A stretch of DNA of 63,855 bases, counting the filler, from Perkinsus chesapeaki ATCC PRA-425 (taxonomy: Eukaryota; Protista; Perkinsozoa): NCBI GenBank assembly GCA_013115145.1. It is 8 parts of 8 records of this genome, joined end to end, with 100 filler letters (N's around TTAATTAATTAA, not from the genome) between each part and the next. Parts side by side here need not be neighbours in the genome. Positions count along the whole stretch, not along the records: positions 22,228 to 54,219 come from JAAPAO010000409.1; 7 more parts are not named here. One strand, written 5' to 3'. Shown here one piece after another: positions 35,061 to 46,212 of this stretch. Each line of letters opens with the position of its first letter. The stretch's first letter is position 1. The position numbers and the translations under genes are program-made. The notes under the pieces were generated by a model that saw nothing but the letters and a program-made list of their open reading frames with translations, made no database searches and was not told the DNA's origin.

Positions 35061-38000
35061 TTGTCAGAAATGTCCGACCCGAAGACTCCGCTGCGAAAGA
35101 GTCTCCGACTGGCTGGGAGGAAGCGCCCCACAGCGGCCGCTGCTGCTGCTTCCTCGTCTTCGTCCGAGTCGGCCCGTATGGTGACACCAGCGAAGCCTGT
35201 CAAGGCTCGGCAGACTGCCACACCGTCAACCAAAGCGACGACACCCAAAGGACCACCAGAGTCACCATTTTTCAAGAGGCGGCTGAAGCGACAAACGGCT
35301 TTAGGACAGTCTTTCGAGGACGAGACCGACAGTGACGAGGAGGCCAGGACCGCTGAACGTTCGGAGAGCAGGGCTCGGAAGCGACTTAGATTCCAAACGG
35401 GTGTCCTTGCTGAGGATGGGGAGAGCTCCAGCAGCACGGAGGAGGAGGGGCAGTCGGTGGAGGAGAGCTCGGAGGATAGCGAGCCTGTGATGAATACTAA
35501 GGCGCAGAGACGGGCTGAGAGAATTAAGATGCAAAGAGAGCATGAGAAGAAACTTACCAGGCAGCTGTTTGTGATGAGGAGTGCTGTTATAGAGGAGGAG
35601 GAGGAGGACAGCGAAGGCGAGGAGGAGGAGGGGCGAAGACCGCCCAGAGTGGACACTGGGTATCCTAGGTTGATCCAGTCGACGCTGTTCGACACTAGTT
35701 CGGTTGAGGGCAGCGATGACGACGATGCTGACTCCATAGAGGGCTTCGTTGTCGGGGATAATGTTGTGGACGAGGAGGTGTCCCCCACGCCTGTGCAAGT
35801 GGAGGGCCCAGCCAGTATAGAGGATCTGCCAACCTGGCATTGGACTGTACCGAGGCACTGGAGGGTATGGTTCGGCAAGGAAGAGGGGACTGGTGATGGC
35901 AAGGAGGAAGGGACGGCCAAGGAGATTGAGAGATGCATCATGGCAACAGGCAGGAGCCATCGGAAGTGGACACCATCTTCGACACTGAGGAATATCATGG
36001 ATGAAGGATTTGATCTCTCTGGTGAGGCCTGGGCTGAGCTGAGCCCTGCGGATCTGACTGCACCACAGGGCCCACTCCGCCGAAGTGTTCTTCATGCATT
36101 GGCCATGAGAGATTGTCAATCGGCTAGCAGCGTTTTCAAGGCGCTCCGCGGCAGCTGTACACAGGTGGCTTCGGCCAGATCGAAAGACAAATTCGGCCTC
36201 ACCCCGCTGCACTTGGCTGCTATCAATCCAACCTTCGACGCCCAAGGCATCCGAGACCTACTGGCAGTGGTCTCGCCAAAGTTGCAGTTCGAGACAGACA
36301 AAGCCTTCAGCGCGACAGCTCTGCACCTTTCCCTTCTCCGTCCCGATGCCGCGGTGGCCGCAGGTTTCCTGGCGGGTGTTGGCGGCAAAGATCGACGCCG
36401 CCTGCTGAAGGCCCGTGGGTTCGCTGAGAGGCGATCGGCAGTGCTGATAGCAGCTTTGGAGAAGTCTGTGGAGAAGCTCAGTATCCTGCGCCCTGCCGAT
36501 TACCAAGAGCTCGACAAGCAAGGTCTTTCCGCCTTGCATTTGGCCGCTGGCAGCCCTGATGCTATAGGGTATCTTATAGAGTACGGCAACTGTGGGTATA
36601 ACTGTGCGGCCAAGGACACCGGTGTAACACCTCTGCACATGGCTGCGGTCGAGGGATCTGCCGCTGGCGTACAGGAGCTTCTTGATCTCGGGGCCGATGC
36701 TGGCAAGTGCGACAACTGCGGCTGGTCACCGCTCCTTTACGCCCTTCAATGTGTTGATTCTGAAGACGCCGGGGCTGATGCCGTAGAGGTCCTCCTGAGG
36801 CACGACATGACCCAAGAGGCATTCCCGCAGCTCTCCGCGATCGAGGCTCTGCTCAAGAAGGACCCGGGCCGAGCTCAGCCGCGCGTCGCTAGACTGCTGC
36901 GCTTCGTGTGCGAGCGACCGGCGTTCTTCAAGATGCTCAACGACTTCCTCCGCTCTCGTCTGGAGCTAATGCTGCCAGGAGGACCACTGGCATTTATCCT
37001 TCGTGCCCGCTCTGCCGAGCCCTTTGCCGCCGCCCTCGACATGGAGAACAAGATGAGGCTCCTCGAAATGTCAGTGAGGCGAGATAAGCCATCCTTCGTT
37101 GCAGTTATGAAATTTATTTGTCTTCGGGGGCCTCATTTCCTCCAGGAGACCATCAAGAGAGTCCTGACCTTTGAAACTTCCCAGATGAGATGGGGTCACT
37201 TTACCGTCAGTTGGTATAACGAGCGCGGCTCCTGCCTAGGCCCGGAGCGGGAAATGTGGACCTGCATTTTCGACGAGCTGCCGGACTTTGCCTTCGAGCG
37301 CAGTGACGACGGTCGTCTGCTGCTTCCGAAACTGGACGTGGAACTGGATGTCTTCGTGGGCATAGGTCGCCTCATCGCCCTCGCCATGGTGCATGGTATT
37401 GGCATGAAACTGCCACTGCACAAAGCGGTTGTGGAGACCTTGAAGATGTCAGACCCCTTTGAGCCTCCACAGATGGACGATTTATGGGAGTGGTTAAGGG
37501 TATGGTCACCTTCGTTCTACGGCAGCATGGAGTATCTTCGCGACAACGATCTTACTGGTCTCGAGGAGGAGCTATGCCTGCCGTGCGGAGAAGATAATAA
37601 AGAGGACTATATTCTCATAGAGCTGTGCCGTAAAGTGTATAGGCCGGGTCCTGCTGCAGCGATGAAGAGAGGCATTAGAGATGTTCTCAAGTCGCACGAG
37701 CTCAAGCTGTTCTCGTCTGACGAGCTCGCGGTCATCTTCCACTCGGCTGGTGATAAGCCTCTCGACTTGGATGACTGGAAAGCTCACACACACTACACGG
37801 GTTACGATGAGTCCTCTCCGCAGATCGTTTGGTTCTGGAAGCTCCTGCGCAGCCTCAGTGACGGCGAGGTGCGTTTGGTACTGTTGTTCGCCACGGGGCT
37901 TACCAGCGTGCCCGTGGGCGGATTTGCGCAGCTGCGATCTCTCGGCAGTGCCTCGAATGGCTTTAGGGTAGTCCGCACCAGTGTGGGGAACCCCAGCTGT

Positions 38001-38129
38001 CCTGACCTGCCCCGCGCCTCCACCTGCTTCAACCAGCTCACGTTGCCCGCCTATGATAGTGAGAAAATGTTGAATATGAAGCTGATGACTGCAGCTAGAC
38101 TTGGTTCGAAAGGTTTTGAGTTCTCGTAG
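35061..38129 (+). CDS. Ankyrin-repeat HECT E3 ubiquitin ligase (HACE1-like architecture), intronless
   Basis: Ankyrin motifs GLTPLHLAA, GLSALHLAA, GVTPLHMAA and GWSPLLYA; HECT C-lobe FWKLLRSLSDGEVRLVLLFATG..LPRASTCFNQLTLPAY; acidic disordered N-terminus. Confidence 0.92.
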   Translation: MSEMSDPKTPLRKSLRLAGRKRPTAAAAAASSSSSESARMVTPAKPVKARQTATPSTKATTPKGPPESPFFKRRLKRQTALGQSFEDETDSDEEARTAERSESRARKRLRFQTGVLAEDGESSSSTEEEGQSVEESSEDSEPVMNTKAQRRAERIKMQREHEKKLTRQLFVMRSAVIEEEEEDSEGEEEEGRRPPRVDTGYPRLIQSTLFDTSSVEGSDDDDADSIEGFVVGDNVVDEEVSPTPVQVEGPASIEDLPTWHWTVPRHWRVWFGKEEGTGDGKEEGTAKEIERCIMATGRSHRKWTPSSTLRNIMDEGFDLSGEAWAELSPADLTAPQGPLRRSVLHALAMRDCQSASSVFKALRGSCTQVASARSKDKFGLTPLHLAAINPTFDAQGIRDLLAVVSPKLQFETDKAFSATALHLSLLRPDAAVAAGFLAGVGGKDRRRLLKARGFAERRSAVLIAALEKSVEKLSILRPADYQELDKQGLSALHLAAGSPDAIGYLIEYGNCGYNCAAKDTGVTPLHMAAVEGSAAGVQELLDLGADAGKCDNCGWSPLLYALQCVDSEDAGADAVEVLLRHDMTQEAFPQLSAIEALLKKDPGRAQPRVARLLRFVCERPAFFKMLNDFLRSRLELMLPGGPLAFILRARSAEPFAAALDMENKMRLLEMSVRRDKPSFVAVMKFICLRGPHFLQETIKRVLTFETSQMRWGHFTVSWYNERGSCLGPEREMWTCIFDELPDFAFERSDDGRLLLPKLDVELDVFVGIGRLIALAMVHGIGMKLPLHKAVVETLKMSDPFEPPQMDDLWEWLRVWSPSFYGSMEYLRDNDLTGLEEELCLPCGEDNKEDYILIELCRKVYRPGPAAAMKRGIRDVLKSHELKLFSSDELAVIFHSAGDKPLDLDDWKAHTHYTGYDESSPQIVWFWKLLRSLSDGEVRLVLLFATGLTSVPVGGFAQLRSLGSASNGFRVVRTSVGNPSCPDLPRASTCFNQLTLPAYDSEKMLNMKLMTAARLGSKGFEFS

Positions 38130-38528
38130 TCGAGTTTACGTCAGTAGTATTATAGAATTAGGCTTGTCAATTTTTTTATCACTCCACCGCCGCGTTGAGT
38201 TATAGTGCACCACCCAGGATTCCCGTTCCCACCACGTTAGCGGTCACGTCTACGGCCTCCTAAGCGAGTATGCTTTTGTTGGAGTAGCTGATTCCGAGGC
38301 TTCCAAAGCAACAATATGCATTACTATTGGTGGGTGCAGTGTCCAGGTTTCGAGGCCACTCCCATATTAATGTTGTGTTTGTCACACTGATTTCGGGTAG
38401 ATGGGCGATGAATGAAGGCAGCAATATCATGCAGCCTCGACCAGGTCGATCTATGAGGGTATCAACTCTGGCAGCTGCCTAGCCCTACAACCGACATCCC
38501 TCTGAGCAGTTCATTGAGCGCTTGAGGC

Positions 38529-41267
38529 ATGTCGTCTTATCGCATCAACGGGGCCACCGAGGCTGTACCAGCGATACCCGATCCAGTGGCACAGACCACC
38601 ACCTTGGTCGACTACCCCGGCAGGAAGGAACGCTTTCTTCCCGGCGCCTCGCTGCTACGGTGCCGCATCTGCCCCTCAGACCCCCAAGTGCTCGTTATTG
38701 TTGGTGTCATAGCCTCGACCGAGCCCCCGACCATCGTCATGTGGTTCGTGCCCATCGGTGATCTTAACAAAGCTACACACGAAGTAGCCATTCCCCTCAC
38801 ATGCCCGACAGTTACCAGCCTGGACCTCTCGCCTGACTGTCGGTCTGTCATGGTGTCGGTCGCCTCTCGCGAGAGAAGCGGTGATTGTTCAATCCTGATG
38901 TCATCCGGGGGTAGCCTGCCCGTCCCCACCAGCGTCCATTCCTCGGTAGGAACGCCCGGCTCGTCGTCCTGCAGTGGATCGTCAGTGGCTTCCAGACTAA
39001 CGCCGCAGTCGACAGAGTCCCGGCCGTGCCTCCAGACAGACGTGGTCGTCTGGGTAGAGCTAGTGAGCGGTCTGCCGGAGCCGCCTACAGCGCTGGCCTG
39101 GATAGAGTACAGTCCAGTTTCCATGACTTCTGGTCAGCCCCTCCAAGAGGAACCTGTGACCTATATCTGTATGGGCTTCCTCACCGGCGAGGTCGCCTTG
39201 GTCGACGCCGAGGGTGCGGAAGGCGGCAGCCTTGAATCACAGTTCAACTGTCGCACACCAGTGACCGATATAGAAGTCATACCGTGTGTCAGCGGTCCCC
39301 CAATACTCCTAGTCCACCTCAGCGCCTCGCCGTGCTTCTTCTTGCTCATGACTGCAGTCGATTCCCACACAGGCGTCCTCAGGCTCGAGGCGCAAGTCCT
39401 ACCGTTGCCCTGTCCCGACCCCAGATCAGTTCGGTTCTTCTCCGATCAAGACACCTGGTACATCTCCTCCCTATCGAACTGCGGCCGCTATGTCTACATG
39501 TCCGTCCTGCCGGAGGGTGATTCTACCCTGGCCGTCACGCCCGTGGCCCGCATACCCACAGCCGGCCAGATACCTATCACAGATCACTGCCTGGTCACCT
39601 CCAGCGAGGGTAGCAGCAGCGGTGCTCAACGAAGGAGCATCCTTGTAGCCTGTGTCGGGTCAACCGTCCTTCTTATGACTGCTAGCGCTGCCGGCTGCGA
39701 TAACATCGTTCTTGCTGTCGTTCCATGCAGCCCTGGTCCCACTGCAGTGAGATTGCTCGCCCCAACTGCTACTGATACTCTACCTCTTTCTTGTCTATGC
39801 TTCGCTACTGTCTCGCCGGCCACGCTGTACAGGCTAGAGTTTCAAGACAGGAGCCGAATTCAGGCCGCTGTGGAGGCCTGCGTGGCCAGAGCTGCCGTAG
39901 ACTGTCTTCCTAGGGGCTCCCAAAGGAAGCAGTCTCGCCAGTTCTTCGACACGGGATTCCCTCTGATCTGTCAATCTCTTAGCGAGTTGGTTGACTTGGA
40001 CGATGTCTGCCTGGCGGCTGGCCTGAGGGTCATGGACACTCCTGATCACAATCAGTACGAGAAGCTCTGCTGCTGTCTCTTTATCTGGCAGCAACGGTAC
40101 TCCACCAAGCCCGTGCCTTTCGCTGTTGTGAGGGCGCTACTCCTCCATGTGGGGGCCGCCGCCAAGGCGACCAGCGCCTGTGGTGCCTCGGACGACGTCA
40201 CACCTGAAGGGCTGGGCAATTACCGTCTAGAGCTTCCCGGCGTGGACCCAATAATCCCGTTTGAGTACTTCGTTGGGTTGGTCTCTGATGACGGCAAATC
40301 TCTAGCTAAGCCTGGTATTTTCCACGACCACTGGGGCCCTGGTCTCGACCTTGGCTCAGGAGGCATGCTGGCTCACCCCGCCCGGCGACTGTGGATTCTC
40401 GAGCTCTCGCTCGGCATGGTCCTTGGCGAGCGAGTATCCTCCGAATTCGTAGGGCACTGGCTGGACGAGATAGACTCCAGAGCCGTGGTCTTCAGCTCGA
40501 GCAGAAACGGTTTCCAGGAGCTCGTCGAGATAGCCTTGAAGCAGTTCCGGCCAACTTGGCCTACTCTGGCGAAGGCCGCGAGTAGCCTTAGTTACCCTCC
40601 TGGAGGCCTACGGGAGACAGTTGCCCGCTTCGTTGGCTTGCCCGATAGTTGTCACTATGGAGTCGCAGTGCTTTTGGCCGTTCTCACCGAAAGCTGCGCA
40701 CCCAGCGGATGGGAAGCAGCGAGGCACGATACGGGACATGTGGTTCAGAGGCTGAAGGACGCTGTAGCGAAGTGCTGGGTTGCTCCTGGCTCGGCATGGT
40801 CCATTCACACTGATTGCCTTATTGCCGTGATGCGCTTGGCTCGGCGTGTCTGGCAGCTCCTAGCAGAAACCCGTAAGGCTCACCTGGAAGCTATGGAGAT
40901 CAAGCCAGTCATGCGCGGGGTTCCCAGTAGCCCTGAGGAGTTGCTGTATAAGGCAACATTGATGACGATGGAGGAGCGAGCAATGGCTCATGCCAGTGCC
41001 TCACCTACGCAGTGCGAGGCCGCTTGGAGCAGCTCGGATCACGGCCTCTACAGAATATCCAACCACGCTAAGTGGCTGATGGCCGACGGCGAGACTGGAG
41101 AGGACTTCAGTCGGCTGGGGGTAGATGAGACTCTCGATGTTATGGCGAGGATAGCTTTCATTCTGAGGCGAGACGAACGGCTCTGGGAGGATCTTCCGTG
41201 GAGCCAGAAGTTTCGGCTTCGTTTGATTAGGAAAGTTATGGGAGACCGGAAGGGTCGTGGAGCATGA
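38529..41267 (+). CDS. Uncharacterised 912-aa protein, predicted N-terminal beta-propeller plus helical C-terminus, intronless
   Basis: Long uninterrupted ORF with WD-like strands (VTSLDLSPDCRSVMVS, ICMGFLTGEVALVD) and a Leu/Ala-rich helical second half. Confidence 0.7.
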   Translation: MSSYRINGATEAVPAIPDPVAQTTTLVDYPGRKERFLPGASLLRCRICPSDPQVLVIVGVIASTEPPTIVMWFVPIGDLNKATHEVAIPLTCPTVTSLDLSPDCRSVMVSVASRERSGDCSILMSSGGSLPVPTSVHSSVGTPGSSSCSGSSVASRLTPQSTESRPCLQTDVVVWVELVSGLPEPPTALAWIEYSPVSMTSGQPLQEEPVTYICMGFLTGEVALVDAEGAEGGSLESQFNCRTPVTDIEVIPCVSGPPILLVHLSASPCFFLLMTAVDSHTGVLRLEAQVLPLPCPDPRSVRFFSDQDTWYISSLSNCGRYVYMSVLPEGDSTLAVTPVARIPTAGQIPITDHCLVTSSEGSSSGAQRRSILVACVGSTVLLMTASAAGCDNIVLAVVPCSPGPTAVRLLAPTATDTLPLSCLCFATVSPATLYRLEFQDRSRIQAAVEACVARAAVDCLPRGSQRKQSRQFFDTGFPLICQSLSELVDLDDVCLAAGLRVMDTPDHNQYEKLCCCLFIWQQRYSTKPVPFAVVRALLLHVGAAAKATSACGASDDVTPEGLGNYRLELPGVDPIIPFEYFVGLVSDDGKSLAKPGIFHDHWGPGLDLGSGGMLAHPARRLWILELSLGMVLGERVSSEFVGHWLDEIDSRAVVFSSSRNGFQELVEIALKQFRPTWPTLAKAASSLSYPPGGLRETVARFVGLPDSCHYGVAVLLAVLTESCAPSGWEAARHDTGHVVQRLKDAVAKCWVAPGSAWSIHTDCLIAVMRLARRVWQLLAETRKAHLEAMEIKPVMRGVPSSPEELLYKATLMTMEERAMAHASASPTQCEAAWSSSDHGLYRISNHAKWLMADGETGEDFSRLGVDETLDVMARIAFILRRDERLWEDLPWSQKFRLRLIRKVMGDRKGRGA

Positions 41268-44200
41268 GCCATCATCATTTGTATGTTTCGTGCTGTCTTC
41301 GTACTGCGTTACAGTGGTCCCCAGCTGTGGACTACCTATCAGATGTCCTACAAGGTTACCCTGCTCATCGTGACGGCCAAGGCCATTCGTGTGGATTGTT
41401 TCAATCTCCATCCGTCGCTAGCAAGTCCGTGAATTTCAACTTTGCTGGTCTCAAGGTGTATGTAAACTTGCCCAATGAGGTGTACGAGATGTCCTCCGGG
41501 CGTGCGATATTTCGAAATCCCATCTTCTACGGTGTTCCTTCTGTGTCTCAACTATACCGCTGTCGCCGTGGTAGTTGGGGAACACCTGCCTGTAGCACTA
41601 TTCGCCAGCATTTACCCCCGATGGATGATGAGCGATGATCCACTTGTTTGCACCATCACCCTACCAGCCCAGCTTTCACCAATACCCGAAAATGATAAAG
41701 TAGCCGTAGCCTCGCGAAGCCCCTAATTGGTCGAGTAGGTGAAGCACAAACTGTTCCTCGACCAAGAGCAACGATACAGCTGGAACAGCCAGAGTCAGCA
41801 CTGGAGCGAGTTCGTTAGAGCGTGGCGAGTGGGCCGATGCTGATGGCGATTGTAACCAACTCCCTGCTGTGCAGGAGCGGTGTCCGGAACCCAAGAGCTC
41901 GGAAGCTTTCCGTCAGTGGATGGATGATACAAAGAAGTGTTATCAGCTACTGTGTGCTGGCTGGCAGCGTCGAGATAGCGAGGAGTCCGGATTTGCTGTC
42001 GACATCTGGTGGGACAGCAGCATCGTGCGAAGCGTCCGTACTTGCCTTCAGCCTTCCCGAGGAGCATTGTCCTGCCAACATCTTAAGCGCCTCAACGGAT
42101 GTAGACATCCCAGCGACTCGTATCCCTCAGTCCGACAGTGGTTGGCTCATCAGTTGTCTCTCTTACGGGTCTCCACTGACAGCGCCCCAACGCTGCCAAC
42201 AGTCCCGCTGGAGGCCTCGCCGATGCCAATTCGAAGGGACAGTGTGGCAAGGTCGAGCGGGATGTACACCTCCTTGAGCGCGGAGTTCCTGGCCGATCTT
42301 GAGAGTTTGGTGGGCACCACGAGACGAAACAAGTGACCACTCTGCGCTTCAGGCAGACTCTATTCACAGCGGACTTCGACCGTTCCAGTGGCCAGGGTCC
42401 TCGCCTTCCACAGATGCCCCAGGGAACTCGCAAGACGGAGAAAACTACAGCGTATCAAGTGCAGGCGTCGTCCTGTTGTCACCTCTTTATCAGTCTGGCA
42501 GCAACACGTCCAGCGAAATCGGAAATACAGCAGTTCTGTTTTCGCCTCCGTTGATCACCTCCCCAACCTCTGCCGACTTTCAGAGCTACTCCTCCTACCC
42601 TTGCGAGGGAGAGCAGTCCCGGCAGGTAGCGGCTACTACAGGTGCCCATTGTCGAATCAGTCGTATCAGGCCAGGCCTTTGCGGCTCAGTAGTGGTGATT
42701 TGTCTATCTCACCGAGCTCTACCAACTCCATGTCGCGAGAAGTCGACGGAGCGGAGCGCGCCAATATCAGCCAGGTGGGTTTGTGGGAATGACCGTTGTC
42801 ATTCATGAGTACGTTCGAGCAGCTTGTTGATGCTATAGAGACCGCAGATGACTCGGCAGACGGCAAGAGGATCTCCGGGACTCCCACGAAGGTCAGTGAA
42901 TAATGCTGGTTGGTGGGGCTGTGCAGAGTTCCTATAGGAGGACCCCGACGCTCTCCAAGACGAGTCTCCGATTTTACCACAACGAACGCCCCTAGCTGAA
43001 GTGGAGGACATCGAATGCGAGTCTCTGGTCATTCTCGGTGCAAGTGAGTTGCCGGGGACAGGGTGTTGTGTGGCACCGTCACATCAGGCTTCGGCAGCGG
43101 ATCTGGGCCTCTGTCATCGTCCTCTGGCCGCCGTAACGGAGGACTGGACTACATGCTCCACCGAACGCCACTGGAATCCATATCAGAGGAGCTGGAGGCG
43201 GAAGAGGCTGCTGCTGACCATGCAGATGTTATCCGTGAGCTGGTATTGAAACTGGTTGGATAGACTGCATCTCGGTCAGGCCAGGAATCCAACAGTTTCC
43301 CTCTAAATAGGGGGTTCACCCCGGCAAAGGAGCGGAGCCACGATGAAGTGATGGTCGTCCGAGTGAACTCGGCCTTCTCCTCAGCAGGCAGCTCCCCCTT
43401 TGGCGCATCGGAGGAGGCGCGGTCAGAAACAGCCGATCCTGATGGTGAATCCATCCCAGGATCTGGCAACAAGAATCGGTTATCAGAACGCGAACTCTTC
43501 CCTGCCTCCAACGAATCCCTCGAATCTGCTGACAGCATTCACAACGTGGACATTTCCGCCCCTCTGAGTGCTTCGAGCCACTCGTTACAAGATGGTTGTG
43601 TCGGAGGGGATACTGAAGTATCCAGGGTTGGTGCCAGCAAACGAAATAGTGGTGTGCTGGAAGTTGACATTGAGATTGCTGAACGGTGTACTGATTCCGA
43701 GTATATGACGCCAACTAGCGGGCAGCAGTCCCCTGTGGAGGAGGTCAATTTATCCTCGGGAGATCGCACCGATGCCAATAGCGTCGCTTGCCATTCCGTA
43801 GACCAGGAGCATGCTGGCCTTTTGTACAGCGACTCAGCTCACGGTGAGCAGGTCGGTCACTCCGCAGATTTGAGTGGTGGGTAACAGCGATGTTCGTAGT
43901 CCTATTGATATTGCCTTCTCGCAGGTATTGAGATCAGAGCCGATCACGGAGGGAGCAACGAGAAGGAACCACTGGGTTTGCGTTGCTGGTTCACCCGGTT
44001 CCGGTCGCCGAGTCCCCCTCACTCCCAGCCGGACGAGTCAAGGCCGGCGCCGGGCCACCGACGTTCCCGCTCCGCTGACCTTACCAATGCACGATGCAGT
44101 CGCGTTGTGCATGATCGAAGTGGACACAGTTGGAAGCAATCACAGTTTAGTACCACGTCACGGAGAGGTGCCAACATGCTCACTACTGAGGAGAGAGAGC

Positions 44201-44385
44201 TTCTGAGGATACGCGAGGAAAGGGAAAACTTGCGCAACCAGATGTTGCGTAATCAGAGGTTTGCCGCTAAGATTTATAACGGCACCCGGCCAGCGCCACT
44301 GGTAACATCCTCAAACAACAGCTGTCGCGCACGCGTTTTCAGGTTCGGGAGCGCCGCCCTATCTTCACTCGGTCGAAGAACGTAA
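41264..44385 (+). CDS. Multi-exon Ser-rich hypothetical protein(s); C-terminus weakly TPX2-like
   Basis: Chain of coding-like + strand ORFs separated by GT..AG segments; ends LTTEERELLRIREERENLRNQMLRN. Exon structure not resolved. Confidence 0.4.
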
Positions 44386-44727
44386 TTAAGGAACCGGCAG
44401 TTCGAAACTTCCGGTTTTGATTGACTGATTAGCACATGTTAGAATGAAGCGCCCGGCATCCATGATAGTTTCGCATACATTTGGCTTGAGTTATCCGAAG
44501 CTGACAGGACTTGTTCAAACGATACCATGAAGTATTAACGAAAATCAACGGTACACTCAAGTCCGAGTCGGAAATTGCGAGTCGAAACCAATGGATTGTT
44601 CGGGACAACGAGTAGGAATGAGAGAAGGGTACCTCCCGAATGCAGAAGAAGATTTAACAAGCAGAATGCGCCTCCTTACCATGATACTTTAATAACACAA
44701 AACACAGTTGAATACTAAAGGATATAC

Positions 44728-44793
44728 ATACACTTCTGGTAAACATCAGTTTATACCGAAATACACTCTTGGTAAACATCAGTTCATACCGAT
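44728..44793. repeat. 33-bp imperfect tandem duplication just downstream of the EFL copy 1 stop codon
   Basis: ATACACTTCTGGTAAACATCAGTTTATACCGAA followed by ATACACTCTTGGTAAACATCAGTTCATACCGAT. Confidence 0.85.
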
Positions 44794-44799
44794 CTGGAA

Positions 44800-46212
44800 T
44801 TATTTGACCTCCTTAGGGGTGGTGGCAACACACTTGCCGAGCATAACAACACCGTTGCCCTCCATAAGAGCGACACGGGAAAGACCCTCGCAGTGCTTGA
44901 AAGTATCAACAACAAGATGCTGAAGAGGCTCGAACACAACCTCAGCCATCTCGTTGGACTTCAAGGAATGGGGATCCTCCAACTTCTTGCCACCGGTCTC
45001 CTTGCCGACCTTCCAGTTGATCTTGACAAGCTTGCAAGCGGAACGGCCAGTACGGACGAAGGCGATGGGAGAGTAACCAACCTTCAACTCACCGGGGACA
45101 TCCAAGATCTGGACCTGGGCGGTGAAGTTAGCGATATGCTGAAGAGTCTTATCGTTCTTGGCGATCATGCAGTCACCAACACGGGGCATGTTATCCTTGT
45201 TGAGGCCCTTGACGTTAAGACCGACGTTATCACCGGGATAAGCCTCGTTCTCACGCTTGTGATGCATCTCGATGGTAAAGACCTTGCCACCGCAGGGAGT
45301 GGCGGGGGTATGAGTAGGCATGAAGATGACATCCTCATTGGGCTTGACAACACCCTGCTCAACACGGCCGGTAAGAACATCACCGACACCCTTGATCTTG
45401 TAGATACCGGAAAGAGGGACACGGACGGGAGCGTCACTGACACGCTTGGGGACGGTGGCGAACTTATCTAGAGCATCGTACAAAGTCTCGACGTGAATCT
45501 TCTCGGTGTCCTTGACGGTACGAAGCACATCCATTCCCTTCCACCAAGGCATCTTGTCGGACTTGTGGATAAGATTATCACCACACCAGCCGGAGATGGG
45601 GAGGATGGGGACGCACTTCTCAACGAAGTCCTTCTTCCAGCCGACACGGCCGAGCATGTTCTTCATCTCATCACGGATCTCATCATAACGAGCCTCCTTG
45701 TAACCGGCGACATCGGAATCCATCTTGTTGACACCAACAATCAATTGCTTGACGCCCAACAAGTTGATAAGACGAGCATGCTGACGGGTCTGGCCCTGAA
45801 TCTCACCAGCCTTGTGGTTACCACGGGCGATGGCGGTACCGAAGTTACCATCGGCGGGAACCATAAGAAGAGCAACATCAGCCTGAGAGGCACCGGTGAT
45901 CATGTTCTTGATGAAATCTCTATGGCCGGGGGCATCAATAACGGTATAATGCCAGTTCTCGGTGAAGAACTCCTTGGTACTGCAAGCAATGGTGACACCA
46001 CGCTCACGCTCCTCCTTCTGGCGATCCATATAGAAGGCGAAGGCGAAGGAGGATTTGCCAAGACGGTCGGCCTCTTGCTTCAGCTTCTCCATCTCTCTCT
46101 CGGAGACACCGCCGAGCTCGAACAACAAACGACCGGTGGTGGTGGATTTACCGGAATCGACGTGACCGCAGATCACGATGGACATATGAGTCTTCTCTCC
46201 AGCGGCAGCCAT
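44800..46212 (-). CDS. EFL: Elongation factor-like GTPase EFL, copy 1 (470 aa), intronless
   Basis: GHVDSGKST, AFYMDRQKEERERGVTI, DAPGHRDFIKNMITG and GNHKAGEIQGQTRQHARL (EFL-type rather than canonical EF-1alpha), NKMD. First Met of MAAAGEKTH at 46212. Confidence 0.93.
   Translation of the reverse strand: MAAAGEKTHMSIVICGHVDSGKSTTTGRLLFELGGVSEREMEKLKQEADRLGKSSFAFAFYMDRQKEERERGVTIACSTKEFFTENWHYTVIDAPGHRDFIKNMITGASQADVALLMVPADGNFGTAIARGNHKAGEIQGQTRQHARLINLLGVKQLIVGVNKMDSDVAGYKEARYDEIRDEMKNMLGRVGWKKDFVEKCVPILPISGWCGDNLIHKSDKMPWWKGMDVLRTVKDTEKIHVETLYDALDKFATVPKRVSDAPVRVPLSGIYKIKGVGDVLTGRVEQGVVKPNEDVIFMPTHTPATPCGGKVFTIEMHHKRENEAYPGDNVGLNVKGLNKDNMPRVGDCMIAKNDKTLQHIANFTAQVQILDVPGELKVGYSPIAFVRTGRSACKLVKINWKVGKETGGKKLEDPHSLKSNEMAEVVFEPLQHLVVDTFKHCEGLSRVALMEGNGVVMLGKCVATTPKEVK

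Noticed and set aside
33915-36245. Long minus-strand ORFs 33915-34814, 34877-35998 and 35301-36245
   Set aside because: Antisense to DUSP12 and the HECT ligase, low-complexity translations, no domain motifs.
23834-38129. Functional cluster linking PY-tail proteins with the WW protein and the HECT ligase
   Set aside because: The PY family is on a different contig, the HECT ligase has ankyrins rather than WW domains, and the WW-like domain is degenerate; co-occurrence is a concatenation accident.
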